A stretch of 64,000 bases of DNA from Eledone cirrhosa (Eukaryota), in the NCBI GenBank assembly GCA_964016885.1, contig OZ024742.1, forward strand, positions 123,380,001 through 123,444,000, written 5' to 3'. Within the stretch, counting starts at the first letter, position 1. The number at the start of each line of letters is the position of its first letter. The translations under genes and the position numbers were made by a program. Shown here piece after piece: positions 38,361-50,687 of this stretch. A model generated the notes under the pieces. That model saw only the letters and a list, made by a program, of their open reading frames with translations, made no database searches and was not told where the DNA came from.

Positions 38361-40469
38361 TTATTTAACTTGAGATCTGATTGAGCATTTCTAAGATCAG
38401 AGGTTTTCTAGTCATTTCTCTTTCACTGCAATTATCCAATGTGTCCTTCACTTTTACTAAGATGGCAAATTGGCAGAATTATTAGAATGCCAGATGAAAA
38501 GATTTGTGGTATTTATGTTGGTTACTTGTGAAGGCTTATGGCTTATGATTAGAGAATTGGAATCACAATCATGAAGTTGCAAGTTCAATTCCCAGCCCAT
38601 GCAATGCGTTATGACCTTCAGCAAGACACTTTATTTCACATTGTTCTTTCTGCCAGGAGTTGCAACTGGTAGATAATATCAGCGATTGAAAGATCAATAG
38701 AAACATATTTCCTTTATCCGATTTGACGAGTTCCACCCTACTCCATAAAAGAAAGAGTTCTGTGATCTTGTCGATCATTCCCTTTTTTTTTTAACCTGTA
38801 TTCCCAGTTCAAAATTCATCACCGTCAACATTGTCTTTTATCTTTTCAGGATTTATAAATAAGGATTTACTTTAAGGTAGGAATGTTGGTGGAATCTTGA
38901 CAGCATCAGTATTTCAGCTAGCACTTTCCATTTTGAGTACAAATCTTGTTGTGGCTTAATTGGGGGGTAGACTTAATCCATTGCTTGGTTTAGCACTGCT
39001 ACCAGGCCCTTGGGTGCATTTAGGATACTTAACCCCATTAAAAACATTCAGATCAGGAATCTAGTTAGAGGTTAACTTTTTCCTCCATCTCACCTGTCTC
39101 AGAGGCCCTGAAAACATAAAGAGTCAAGGATGCTGTACATCCTCATGATAAAAATATGTCAGAGTACAGTGTGATTAGTGGGAGTATTAGCAAGTCAAGC
39201 AATGCTTCATTGGTCTGACATGAGGAAGTTCGGCTTTGTAGGGTTAACTAACAAAGCAGTTATAAGATCAGCTGCCGTTATACAGAGTTTTATAATTAAA
39301 GATAGATATATATGAACTTCCATCATGATGAGTACTCTAGTTGTGTAGTCAAAGGAATGACCAAATTATTAACTTTATATGAAAGTGGCTGAGTATTCAA
39401 TACACATACATATTTAATGTTAGTCTCAAGGGAGAATCAGCATGAGAGAATGTAGACAAAACTGTCCCTTTGAATTGCAAGGACAGTCAATAGAATGGAC
39501 TTCCAGACAGTTTCCATCCATTCAGTTCAATAACAATTCTTGGGTAGAGTTGAGGCTACACAAAAACCAATTTCCCAACATGCGACACAGTAAGACTGAA
39601 CCAGTTTCACTTTCATGGCTTGGGTAGACATGAGGCTATGCTAAAAAACACTTGCTTCACATTCCACAGTGAGATTGAACCAAGAAGCCTGATTAAGAAC
39701 TTACTTTCTTTTATGCTACATCCATGGTATCTATTTAAAGGTAGAGAAACTGGGTCATTTCTAAGTTAAGGTCAGTAGCCACAAATACAATGCTTTATAA
39801 TGTTAGTAACAGGATATAAATTTCTAATCTTTCAGTTGGGTAACTACTTGCCTATTTATTAAGCTTGGTCTCCATACTGTCTCTAACAATATATATCTGT
39901 CCCTTGCTAGCAATTAATGGGGAAAATATCTAGATATAAAAACCAATTAGATTCTTCTAAATCATCCTATATCTCTTGCACACTTTATTTGATTTTGAAA
40001 GGTGATTCATTTCTCTTATAAAAAAACTGTTCTATTATTTCTTTGCATTGATTGATAACTGATTGAGTCACAGAGTCTCAACTTGATTACATTGAGTGGT
40101 TCTAAATATCATGTGTAAGGATCCATTTTTCACTACACAACATTAATACATAAGGATGTCAACTTAGAAGCACAGACTAAACTTTGTGACAAACACACAT
40201 ATGTATATATATGTACATGCATATATACATGTGTGTTTGTAAATATGTATATATGTATGTATATGTATATATTTGTTTATGTATATATATATATATATAT
40301 ATACATATTTACAAACACACACACACACACACAAAAGACAGACATGCACAAACACATACATAACAATAAAATCAAAATGTTAGAAGATTAAGAGTTTCTG
40401 TACAAATCTTGTTATATTCAGAAAATAATAATAAAGATTTGAAGATGCACCTAATGTTATATATATATA

Positions 40470-40519
<50 letters not shown>

Positions 40520-40794
40520 AAACGTTGCATGTATATATATATATATATATATATACATGCAACGTTTACAATAAACAATGAAAAAGGAATTAATTTACAC
40601 GAAATATAAATTAGTTTTTTAAAGATATATGTAGGTTTTCAAGTTTATTTACTATATATATATATATATATGTATAGACACATACATATCTATCTATCTA
40701 TCTGTATATATATATAAATATATATATAAATATATATATGTATACACATGTATATGCGTATGTATATATAGATATATATACATATCTATCTATC

Positions 40795-40825
<31 letters not shown>

Positions 40826-40830
<5 letters not shown>

Positions 40831-41071
40831 ATTTAAGTATCGAGAGAGAGATGAAGAGATAAGCAATACATGTAGTTATTTGCCAATAGCATATACAAAA
40901 GGTGCTCAATACTTGTGCCTGCAGTGTTAAATATTAGAAGTGTTAATATCTAGTAGCCGAGAAAATCAGCAGAACGGATATACGTGGAGAAATATATAAA
41001 GGAGAAGAAACCGTTAAAACATGTTTATTTAAAATAGCACCTATGTACGTTTCGCCCGAATGGGCTTCTCA
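40826..41071 (-). mobile_element. Penelope-like pseudo-LTR fragment cut by (TA)n inside its hammerhead core
   Basis: Minus strand: (TA)n-GAGA-agccc attc gggc-GAAAC-GTA-catagg. Stems II and III are intact; the 5' part of CUGANGA is missing. Confidence 0.6.
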
Positions 41072-41103
41072 TATATATATGCATACATATACATACATAT
41101 ATA

Positions 41104-41495
41104 TATGGTGGCTGCCAACTCGTTTTCGAGTACGGCCACTACTTTATATCCATATAGGAGAACCCCTACCGATGCACTGAACGAGTGTGACTTTTTAGTC
41201 CAGCTCTGGTACAAACACTACACATGTGACAATTATTGACACATAGTGCTGGGCCCATGGTACCATGTGACGACAAGTGCAGAGAGTTCTCCAGATATAA
41301 AGCAATGCCTGTGCCGTGAAGCTTTTATAGTGAGCAAAGGCACTGCACAAAGCCAGTCCCACTCTCTTAACCAAGATGATATTTACCAAAAAGAAGAACA
41401 ATTCAACATCATTGGATACCATCGGGGTTGCAGGTGTTATATCAGAGTTTTCCTTCTCCTAGAATTCTGCCTTGACAAAGGCTAAGGGGTCATCT
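41104..41495 (-). mobile_element. Probable non-autonomous RTE-derived element (5'UTR motif + 3' tail)
   Basis: Minus strand has ctaggagaaggaaaactctga (a motif I associate with RTE 5'UTRs) and a tail also seen at 47218-47260; (TA)n on both sides. Confidence 0.45.
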
Positions 41496-41569
41496 CTCCC
41501 GGATATATATACATATATATATACACACACACATATATATCTATATATATATATACATGCACACACATG

Positions 41570-41601
<32 letters not shown>

Positions 41602-41611
41602 CACACACATG

Positions 41612-41645
<34 letters not shown>

Positions 41646-41649
41646 TAGG

Positions 41650-42195
41650 CTGAAGTGTACGTATAGTATGCACCATCTTCACATCAATCTCCATTCACCT
41701 CTCATGAGCCCAGGCTGAAGAAAACATCTAGTATGCAACCTTCACCTCAATCCCACCTTCCATTCACCTCCCCCATCCTAACACGCTGCCTCTTATACAT
41801 GCCCATATAGCCAAGTCCCCAATCCCAATCCACCTCTCCCACCAAAGTCCCTAGCCCACATTGTAAAGTGGTTGTGATAGCAACATGACAAAACTTGCCC
41901 AGCCAACACAGTAAAGTGGTTGTGCAGGTGTCATTAAAAAGTACCCAGCCCACAATTTAAAGTGGTTGTGTAGGTGTCATGATAATAAGGACTTAGTACA
42001 GACTGTAAATGTGATTGTGCACGTATCAAGAAAAGAAGCACCCAGTAGTCATTGTAAATATGGTTGGCATTACAGAGGGCATCCAGCTGTAGAAACCAAG
42101 CCAAAATCACCTGACCTGGCCTATCTCACAACAGGGCAACATGTCTAACCCATGATAGCTTGGAAAAATGGACGTTAAATGGTGATGATAAGGAT
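41650..42195 (+). mobile_element. RTE 3'UTR with five to six ~43-bp tandem modules
   Basis: Repeats of cccagcccacactgtaaagtggttgtgtaggtgtcatga; ends gtctaacccatgatagcttggaaaaatggacgttaaatggtgat. Confidence 0.8.
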
Positions 42196-42214
42196 CATTA
42201 TATATATATATATA

Positions 42215-42580
42215 ATCATCATCATCATCATCATCATCATTTTACGTCCACTTTTCCCTGCTTGCAAAGGTGGGAAGGGTCCTATTCAGCACAGCATCTC
42301 TCCACTTGTCACAGTCCTTTGTCATCTCCACCGTGAGCATCAGCGATCTGATGTCTGCTCTCACCACCACCGCCCATGTTTTCCGTGGTCTTCCTCTACT
42401 ACGTCTTCCTTCAACTGGCATTTCTTGGCACTTCTTCACCCAATGGTCATCCTCCATGTGCATCACATGTACATACCATCGCAGTCTCCTCTCCAGCACA
42501 CTACAATTTATCCCTCTCAGACACAGTTTCTCTCTCAACACATCCATCCTCGGTCGTTCACGCACATTGACATTGCACAT

Positions 42581-42585
<5 letters not shown>
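42215..42585 (-). mobile_element. RTE 3' end (short-UTR subfamily)
   Basis: ORF MCNVNVRERP..LREKL.LRGI..ERRLRWY.HVMHMEDDHWVKKC..GRPRKTW; (CAT)n tail. Confidence 0.92.
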
Positions 42586-42618
<33 letters not shown>

Positions 42619-42655
42619 TACACAAGTATCAAAGTTATGTTCAAATCATTTAATC

Positions 42656-42700
42656 GGTGACAATTGTTTCTTCCAAACTTTAGTTTGGAGTCATCGGAGC
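42656..42700 (-). ncRNA. Type I hammerhead, mutated copy
   Basis: gct-CCGATGA-ctccaaactaaagtttggaa-GAAAC-AATT-GTC-acc. Core U4 changed to C and a stem I mismatch. Confidence 0.75.
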
Positions 42701-43009
42701 ATTATTAATGTTTGTACATATAATTAACCTCCTATTCAACTGAACAATCATATAGATACATATATATTGATGTTGTGAACAACAGTTTAGTATTTACAGG
42801 GTGTAATGGATGCGACATATATTATACGAAAATTGTACAATAATTCAAATTCAAATTCAAATTAAAATTAAAAGCACAGAGTGGAATACATACGACAGAT
42901 AATACAAGAGAATAGTCTAATAATTAAAGAGGCATTGAGAAAGAAGTTCATATTAAAGCGTGTAGAGATTGGACATGCGTTAGTCATATATATGAGAAGG
43001 AAATTATGG

Positions 43010-44293
43010 ACCCGCAAGGATACGCATAACAACTTTGACATAACTATGGGATCTAGTGACTCGGCGCAGGTCACTGATTTGGTGCGCCTATATCTACTAA
43101 ATGAAATTCATAAGAACCTACCCTACCTCAATGGTGGTTTATACCGCAATGATGCACTTTATAGACTATAAAAAATTTAATATAGAAAGAACTAGGAAAC
43201 TATTACATAACATTTTCAAAAACTTCAACTTAAGTATCACCTTAGACAAACACACTAAAAACGTTAACTTCCTCGATGCTACCCTTTACCTAGACTCTAA
43301 AATATATACAGCCTTTCATAAACCTAACGAAAAACTAATTTATGTGGATATCAAGTCTAGCCACCTTATATCTATATTAAACTCAATCACTAAAGGAATA
43401 TCTAATAGAATCTCTAATCTATCATATAACAAAGCCATATTTAACAATAATTCCCAATACTATAATCAGGCATTAGCTAAAGGAGGCCATAAAAATGGGA
43501 TTGAATTCCTACCTATAAAATCACATAGTTACAGCATTATTTCTCACAATATGGCCATGAGGAAAAATAATAAGAGTACTAGCCACTCTTACTCTAATAC
43601 GAAGGGTAATATCAAACTTAACTCGCACCAAAGTAAACACCACAATAATAATATAAACAGAAATACCTCAAAAGATATTACAAAAAACAAAAATAGAAGA
43701 ACTAATACATTCTTCAATCCCCCTTTCAATCTAAACGTCTCTACCAACTTGCCTAAGGCTTTATTCTCAATCCTAGACAAAAACTTCCCATCTGACCACA
43801 AATACCATAATCTTATAAATAAAAACACCATTAAAATCTCTTACTCTACCACACCTAACATCGCATACCATATAGCTAGTAGTAATAAAAGGAAGATTAA
43901 TAATTATTTATAACTAATTAAAACACAGCAGGAGGTAAACTTACAGAACAACATAATACCTACAAACCCTAGTAGCAATAGTAATAATAGTAATAACACT
44001 AATTAAATCAATAACAATAGGAACGACAACCATCAAAACCCTAATGCAACCCATAGCAACCAGACTTCTACACAACATAATAACTGGCAAGATAACATCC
44101 AAAATAAATGTAACTGTAGATCAAATAGAACTTGCCCATTAGGTAATAATTGCTTAATCAAAGACATCATTTACTACTGCACAGTCAAAACAAACAACTC
44201 TTCTAAAACATATATTGGCTCTACATTGAACTGCTTCAAGACGAGATACAACTCGCACCTCCACTCATTCCATAGCTTTAAACCTAGCCGCTA
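43010..44293 (+). pseudogene. Disrupted Penelope-like RT + GIY-YIG endonuclease ORF
   Basis: Frameshift near 43160, stops after 43913. 44104-44293 reads NKCNCRSNRTCPLGNNCLIKDIIYYCTVKTNNSSKTYIGSTLNCFKTRYNSHLHSF. Confidence 0.9.
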
Positions 44294-45481
44294 GTATATA
44301 ACAATGTCAGATTTGAATTCCTCACCACCATTAACACTTCCCCTCTAAGATTTTATCCCCCACAGCATCACACTCTTTGATCTGCTCTTTCCTCTACACA
44401 AATCATATTTATCTCTAACATTATACTCTACGATAACTATTAGAAATAAACATCTAGTCACCACCTTTTAATATAAATACTTTAGATTACTTATAATATA
44501 TACAGTAATTGATATATAATGTGTATAGACATTGAATGTAATATGTGACAATGAATTATATATACATTTATAATTAAAGGTATGAATTAATAACATTGTA
44601 TATAAAGGATTAATTTATTAACATATGGGATTTATCTAATTTAACATGTAAACAGCTATACATTATTCCATATCTTGCCTAGTATTGGGTAGATAACAAT
44701 CTAATGAAACCTTTAATATATTATGAGAGAGTAGACTGTATTTAAAATTAAATATAAATATATAACATTATGTAAAAGGGATTCAATTGTGACACTATAT
44801 AATGTCTATTAGAATTTAAATAGTGTAATGAGCTAGTTACCTCCCCTTACGCATTAGCTCCCCTTAATTTTTTATCACATTTCCACTTCCGGATATTAAA
44901 CCGTTGGAAAATCTCGCTGTAGAACAACTCTAATCCATGAATATGAATACAATAAGACCAAGTTACAATCCATTACTATAACTAACTAAAAACATTCAAT
45001 ACAAACATTAACTAAAATATAACTTAACATATGTAATGGATGGGAAATCAGTAACTTTCATATTCTACACAAATACAAATTTGAACTCTACAGAAACTAT
45101 CATCGCATTACATCCTCCATAATACACTAACATATTCGCTTAAAGTGCTTGTATTTTATGTAATACCTTGCCATACAGTTTCCTTCTCATATATATGACT
45201 AACACATGTGCAATCTCTACACACTTGAATATGTACTTCTTTCTCAATGCCTCTTTAATTATTAGACTATTCTCTTGTATTATCTGTTGCATGTATTCCA
45301 CTCTGTGCATTTAATTTTAATTTTAATTATAATTTTAATTATTGTACAATTCTCGTATAATATATGTCGCATCCATTACACCCTGTAAATACTAAACTGT
45401 TGTTCACGACATCAATATATATGTATCTATATGATTGTTCAGTTGAATAGGAGGTTAATTATATGCACAAACAATAATAAT

Positions 45482-45526
45482 GCTCTGATGATACCAAACT
45501 AAAGTTTGGAAGAAACAATTGTCAGC
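45482..45526 (+). ncRNA. Type I minimal hammerhead ribozyme, core intact
   Basis: gct-CTGATGA-taccaaac taaa gtttggaa-GAAAC-AATT-GTC-agc. Palindromic stem III ACAATTGT; predicted cleavage after GUC at 45523. Confidence 0.88.
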
Positions 45527-45709
45527 GATTAAATGATTTGAACATAACTTTGATACTTGTGTAATTTATATTCCTGCTCTGTAAAACACCTGATGTTCTT
45601 ACATTGAGCTATTTCTCTTACTGCTAATAAGGTAGTAATAAATTACTGACCTTTCCTGTTTATAGTTATTTATAGTATTGTATATACATAACTATAAATA
45701 GTATCATTA

Positions 45710-45820
45710 TCCCGCCGAGGTTAACTTTGCCTTTCATCCTTCCGGGGTCGATAAAATAAAGTACCAGTAATGCACTGGGTAATTGCTGGCCTTGTGCCAA
45801 AAGTAGAAACAATTATTATT
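45710..45820 (+). mobile_element. SINE family A, 5'-truncated
   Basis: cccgccgaggttaactttgcctttcatccttccggggtcgataaaataaagtacc...gtagaaacaattattatt. Confidence 0.9.
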
Positions 45821-45880
45821 ATATATATCTATATATAGACATATGCATAAATATAGATATATATATATGTATATATTTAC

Positions 45881-45934
<54 letters not shown>

Positions 45935-45935
<1 letters not shown>

Positions 45936-46300
45936 TGTTCTGAAGACCTGCGTAGATTAGAAAGAAACGACATGCTCCGATGGATGTATCATAGTAATGT
46001 GCATGAATGGCAAATCATAAACGAATTGAGAGAGAGACTAAGCATAAGAGGTATCAAATGTTGTGTTCTGTAGAGGAGATTTCGTTGGTATGGGCATGTG
46101 ATGTGTATGAAGGACAACACCTATATATAAAAATGTGCAGGGCAATGAAAATTGATGGAAGCTACGAAGTGGGTGGACCAAGGTCAGTTTTTATCACCAG
46201 GGATGAGGTGATAAAAACTGACCTTGCTCACTTACACCTCTCTATGACAATGACACTGGATTGAGATCTTTGGTGCCATGCAGTTTACAGAAGACAGGAT
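45935..46300 (+). mobile_element. RTE 3' coding fragment
   Basis: [31 protein letters not shown]; starts at (TA)n. Confidence 0.9.
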
Positions 46301-47177
46301 GGGGGAGGGTGATGAAGCAAGGCCCCTTTCATCAGTTTTTTCTGAGCATTTGATCTTGATAGCCATTCGTAACTGCCTCAGCAAGGCATAGTACTGTCCA
46401 TTGATGGTCTGGACCTTTTGAAGTCAATAAACACAATGCCTTTTACATCCCCCAAAATGGAAGTCATCACTGATCTTGGTCTTCTTTGGAGCAGGTGAGG
46501 GGGTGTTTCCACTGCATGGATTGTCTCTTTGTCTCTGGCTTAAAGTGATGAAGCCAACACTCATCTTCAGTTCGAAATAGTTTCAAGAATCGATTTGGAT
46601 CTGCCTCAAACAATGGAAGATTTTTCAGTGTTTTGATCAGCCTTCTGCCCTTTTGATCAGGTGTCAGAATCCTTCACCATGCCAAGTTCATTGTGCACAA
46701 TATTCTTAACTCTCTTATAGGATATGTTAATAGCATTGGTTCTTTGATTTATATCCAATCATCTGTCATCCATCACCCTGTGGTGAAAACAGTCAATGTT
46801 TCCCTCTGTGGTGGCAGTTGCAGGACGTCCAGACCTTGGCTCAACTTCAAGACTCCTCCTTCTCCTCCTAAATTCAGCAGCCCACTTTTGCATGGTTGAT
46901 AAAGCTGGATCACCATTACCTAATGTAGCAACCAAGTCAGCATGAATATCATTGTTGGCTAAACTCTTTTTCTGCTGGTACTTGATAATACCACAATGAC
47001 AATTCTTTTCAATTTTCAAAGGAAATCACTACTAGTTTCTTTTGAAATCTTTGAACAGTCAGAAGTCATTTACTTGGAAAGAAACACTGCAGTTATTAAT
47101 AAGAAGTGTGAGAAATTAATGCATTAATATTTCTCTTCTCTAGCATCACTCCAACCTATGAACTTTTCATCCCCCAC
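46300..47177 (-). mobile_element. mariner transposon remnant (Himar1/irritans-like), 5' TIR plus partial transposase
   Basis: GIIKY..DIHADLVATLG..PALSTMQKWAAEFRR..PRSGRPATATTE.NID, then ECWLHHFKPETKRQSMQWKH; TIR-like gggggatgaaaagttc at about 47161-47176. Confidence 0.9.
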
Positions 47178-47407
47178 ACACATATATATAAACATACACA
47201 TATATATATATATATGATGGCTGCCCCCTCATTATCGAGTATGGTCATTGCATGATATACCATTATTAATAATTATTAATTAATTCTATCGTGCAATGCC
47301 TGTGCATTATTTTTTAAAGTGAGGAAAGACTGTGCATACAGAAAAGGATAGAAAATGTGACAGAAAAGGATAGAAAATGTGAGAAAAAGATATAAAGGAA
47401 GAATAAA

Positions 47408-47570
47408 CACCAGGGTTAGACTGGTACTTTTTTTATGGACTTGAACTGGATGAAAGGCAAAGTTGCCCTTGGTGGGATTTGAACCCAGAGAGCAGAGAGC
47501 TGGAACGAATACCACAAAGCATTCTATCTAATGATTCTGCACATTCTATCTAATGATTCTGCACATTCAC
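47408..47570 (-). mobile_element. SINE family A variant
   Basis: gatgaaaggcaaagttg...gggatttgaaccc core. Confidence 0.75.
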
Positions 47571-48310
47571 CAACTATATTTACTCAGTGTAACCTGTGAT
47601 AAAAAAAAGGAGAATATATCACATGTTTAGTAATTTATATTCTTTCTTCTTCATTTCATGCTAACCTCATACCCTAAAACTAAACCCAACCCCTAATCTC
47701 ACATGGCAGTGGTATTGGGTGTTACTGCAATTAAACCTGAATGGAATAATTTATAGAAAACACCATATCAAATATATATCTGTTAGATTTGTGGTAGTGG
47801 TTAAGAAGAGCACTTTACAACCACCTAGTAATAAAATTGATCTGGTGTCTTCTACTGAAGCTTATGGTGAATAACTGAAACCATTAAGATATGATTCACT
47901 CTTTTATTGTAATTGTTCTTTAGCTCAGTTTATGAATGAAAAAGAAAATAGTGATTTCACTAAAATATATGAAATGTATAACATTTAAAGCATGTGTGTG
48001 TGTATGCATGTGCACACATGAATGAGAAGGTTAGATCTCAATTCATTCATGTTTAGCTGTGTGTGCATGTGTTTGAAATGTATGTGTCTAATGTATGTTT
48101 GTGTATGTTTTCATATGCATGTCCGTGCATTAAGTGTTGTTTTTATCACTGCAAATGGCATTTTTCTGTATTGCCTCATAAATAAACTGGGATAAATAGA
48201 TAAACAGAGAGAAGATCTTCCCAAATAGAAGTTTGCTTTATATGCAAATGTTGTTTACCCAGATTCATATCCCTTTTTGTTTCATTTTGGCCATCATTAT
48301 GTATGCATTA

Positions 48311-48493
48311 GCGGTGGATTGGCAGTATGGGTAGAGGGTCGGACGCCATGCTTTCCAGCATAGTTACGTCCCTTTACGATCTGAGTTCAAATCCCGCCGA
48401 GGTTGACTTTGCCTTTCATCCTTACGGGGTCGATAAAATAAAGTACCAGTAATGCACTTGGTAATTGCTGGCCTTGTGCCTAAAGTAGAAACA
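48311..48493 (+). mobile_element. SINE family A, full length with TSD
   Basis: Near-identical to 18147-18330; 15-bp TSD ATTATGTATG(C/G)ATTA at 48296-48310 and 48494-48508. Confidence 0.93.
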
Positions 48494-48540
48494 ATTATGT
48501 ATGGATTAGCGGAAGTCAAGACAGATTTACATTCTTTCAA

Positions 48541-48575
<35 letters not shown>

Positions 48576-49108
48576 TACATATATATATATATGTATATAT
48601 GTGTGTGTGTGTATAATATTCTTAATATATTTATGTATGTATGATAAAAGTCTATGAGGACATAGAATACAGAGTTCTGAAACTAAATAGTGTATAATAT
48701 TTACCTACCATTCCAAAATTTCTGGTATGCCTCCATACAGACACACACACACACATTTGTATGTATATATATATATATATATATGTGTGTGTTTATATAT
48801 ATATATATATACATATATATATAAACACAAATTGAAATTTTGAAAACCGAACAATGCGTTAAAAGAAAGAGCACTAAATCGCCAAGATAATAAAAGAATC
48901 TTACCTTAGCAAATTTACTGGTCCCAAATATGTTTGGGTTTAAAAACCTATTATCAAGGGAGTAACCCTATGAGAGATTTTAAAAATCGATCGGATTGAC
49001 TTGCTTGTGTGGAGAGCATATTTCAGTTAAATAAAATGAAAAAGGTTAAAATTTCGAACGTTTGCGTTGTTAAATGTATGATATATGCATGTGTGTGCAT
49101 TTTATTAA

Positions 49109-49218
49109 GGCTAAATGGTAAGTCTAGTTACTCTGGAGTCCGTCTGCTAATCACAGGATCATCCTTGTCTAATGAACTTAGGATTAACAGGCAAGAGTAA
49201 CTAGACTCATATTTAGCC
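49109..49218. mobile_element. 110-bp MITE, TTAA-flanked with GG...CC termini (Kolobok-like)
   Basis: TTAA|ggctaaatggtaagtctagttactct ... agagtaactagactcatatttagcc|TTAA. Confidence 0.7.
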
Positions 49219-49222
49219 TTAA

Positions 49223-49441
49223 CCCTTTAGAGTTCAAACTGGCTAAAACCGGCCAGAATTCTCTACCTCTTTCTGTTGAAGCTGGCAGTAACCGGTCGCT
49301 CAAACTGATGTTAAGGTATTGTTCTCAAAATAAATACTTTCAAAATCTCATAGATTCGATATTATGTGAGATAATTATGCAGGGTAAAGCCTTTACATGA
49401 AAATATAGTAGTATATATAGAGTAATGTGAATACTAAAGGG
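49223..49441. mobile_element. piggyBac-type MITE
   Basis: TTAA|ccctttagagttca ... tgaatactaaaggg|TTAA; 14-bp TIR with 2 mismatches. Confidence 0.85.
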
Positions 49442-49509
49442 TTAATAAAATGAATATGTAAACTCTACTTCGGTATTTGGAACACTTTTCTCTTGGTGGT
49501 CAAATGGAC

Positions 49510-49865
49510 GATTTTTTATGTCATCATTAGGCCCATTGATTGGCAACAAACGTTTCGCTATTGATCATCTCAAGGTTTGATCTGCATCGATCTGGCTCGA
49601 CCGTCAATGGGTGTAGTGATGACATAATAAATCGCCCTTTTATTATCTACATCTCAATACAGATTTGAACCTCAGCATCAAGTACTCAAAATGCATGGTG
49701 GTACACTTGTCAACAGTGAGCTTGAGTTGTCAGTCCGTGATGCGCGTTTCATTATTGACCGTCAGGCCAGATCAATGCAGATCGAACCTTGAGCTGATCA
49801 ATAGCAAAACACGCATTGCGCATCAATGGGCATAGTGATGACATAATAAATCACCCTTTTATTAT
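49510..49865. mobile_element. Foldback element with nested inverted and direct repeats
   Basis: Inverted arms 49510-49608 / 49754-49852; direct repeat 49604-49646 / 49823-49865. Confidence 0.7.
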
Positions 49866-49869
49866 TATA

Positions 49870-50045
49870 TATCGGTAGAAGGTCGGACGCCATGCTTTGT
49901 AGCATAGAGTTACGGCCCTTTATGATCTGAGTTCAAATCCTGCCGAGGTTAACTTTGCCTTTTATCCTTATGGGGTCGATAAATAAAGTACCAGTAATAC
50001 ACTGGGTAAGTGCTGGCCTTGTGCCAAAAGTAGAAACAATTATTA
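49870..50045 (+). mobile_element. SINE family A
   Basis: Colinear with 18163-18335. Confidence 0.9.
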
Positions 50046-50311
50046 TATTTACACTCTGTTTAGCTCTACACCTTGTTACAGACATGGACCTAAGCATCCA
50101 GTGCTCACCTGGGTGAACCAACAGTAACTTCACATTACATACCCTGGATATATATAGATGCAACCGGTACTAGCAGTGAAACCCATGCTAGTGCAGTCAA
50201 CTTATTATGTATATATATTGTGTTTCGTTGACAAGTATATCAATGCGACCAAATACGCAGGTATATTGGTGACGCGGCTTGATGGAGCATGCAACTATTG
50301 ATATACTCTTG

Positions 50312-50370
50312 TTTATCGGCTCTGATGATTCCTGCCATAGGGTATGGATGAAACACTGTTAGGTAATAAA
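50312..50370 (+). ncRNA. Type I hammerhead in a Penelope-like fragment (~50050-50410)
   Basis: tttatcggct-CTGATGA-ttcctgcc atag ggtatggat-GAAAC-act-GTT-aggtaataaa; stem I pairs at 8 of 10 positions. Confidence 0.75.
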
Positions 50371-50479
50371 ACAATGTATTTCTAAGCACTCTTTGGTTAT
50401 TCCTAAAATTATATATATATATATATACATACATATCTATATCTATATAAACATATCTATATAAACATATATATATATT

Positions 50480-50513
<34 letters not shown>

Positions 50514-50562
50514 TATGTATTTATTTTTATATATATATATATACAAACACATATATATATAC

Positions 50563-50620
50563 ATGTCTAACCCATGCTAGCGTGGAAGAATGGATGTAAA
50601 ACGGTGATGATGATGATGAT
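50563..50620 (+). mobile_element. Ultra-short RTE 3' tail inside (TA)n
   Basis: gtctaacccatgctagcgtggaagaatggatgtaaaacggtgatgatg is nearly identical to 63415-63479. Confidence 0.85.
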
Positions 50621-50633
50621 ATATTTATTTATT

Positions 50634-50687
<54 letters not shown>

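Larger units (their letters stand above)
42611..45660 (+). mobile_element. Penelope-like retroelement, 5'-truncated, with inverted pseudo-LTRs
   Basis: RT motifs FDITMGSSDSAQVTDLV.LYLL, GGLYRND, VNFLD, FHKPN..FFNPPF..IKISYS; C-terminal GIY-YIG; ~400-bp inverted arms 42611-43008 / 45172-45571, each with a hammerhead. Confidence 0.93.

Noticed and set aside
41840-42100. CRISPR-like regularly spaced repeats
   Set aside because: Whole units are homologous with no unique spacers; they are RTE 3'UTR modules in eukaryotic DNA with no cas genes.
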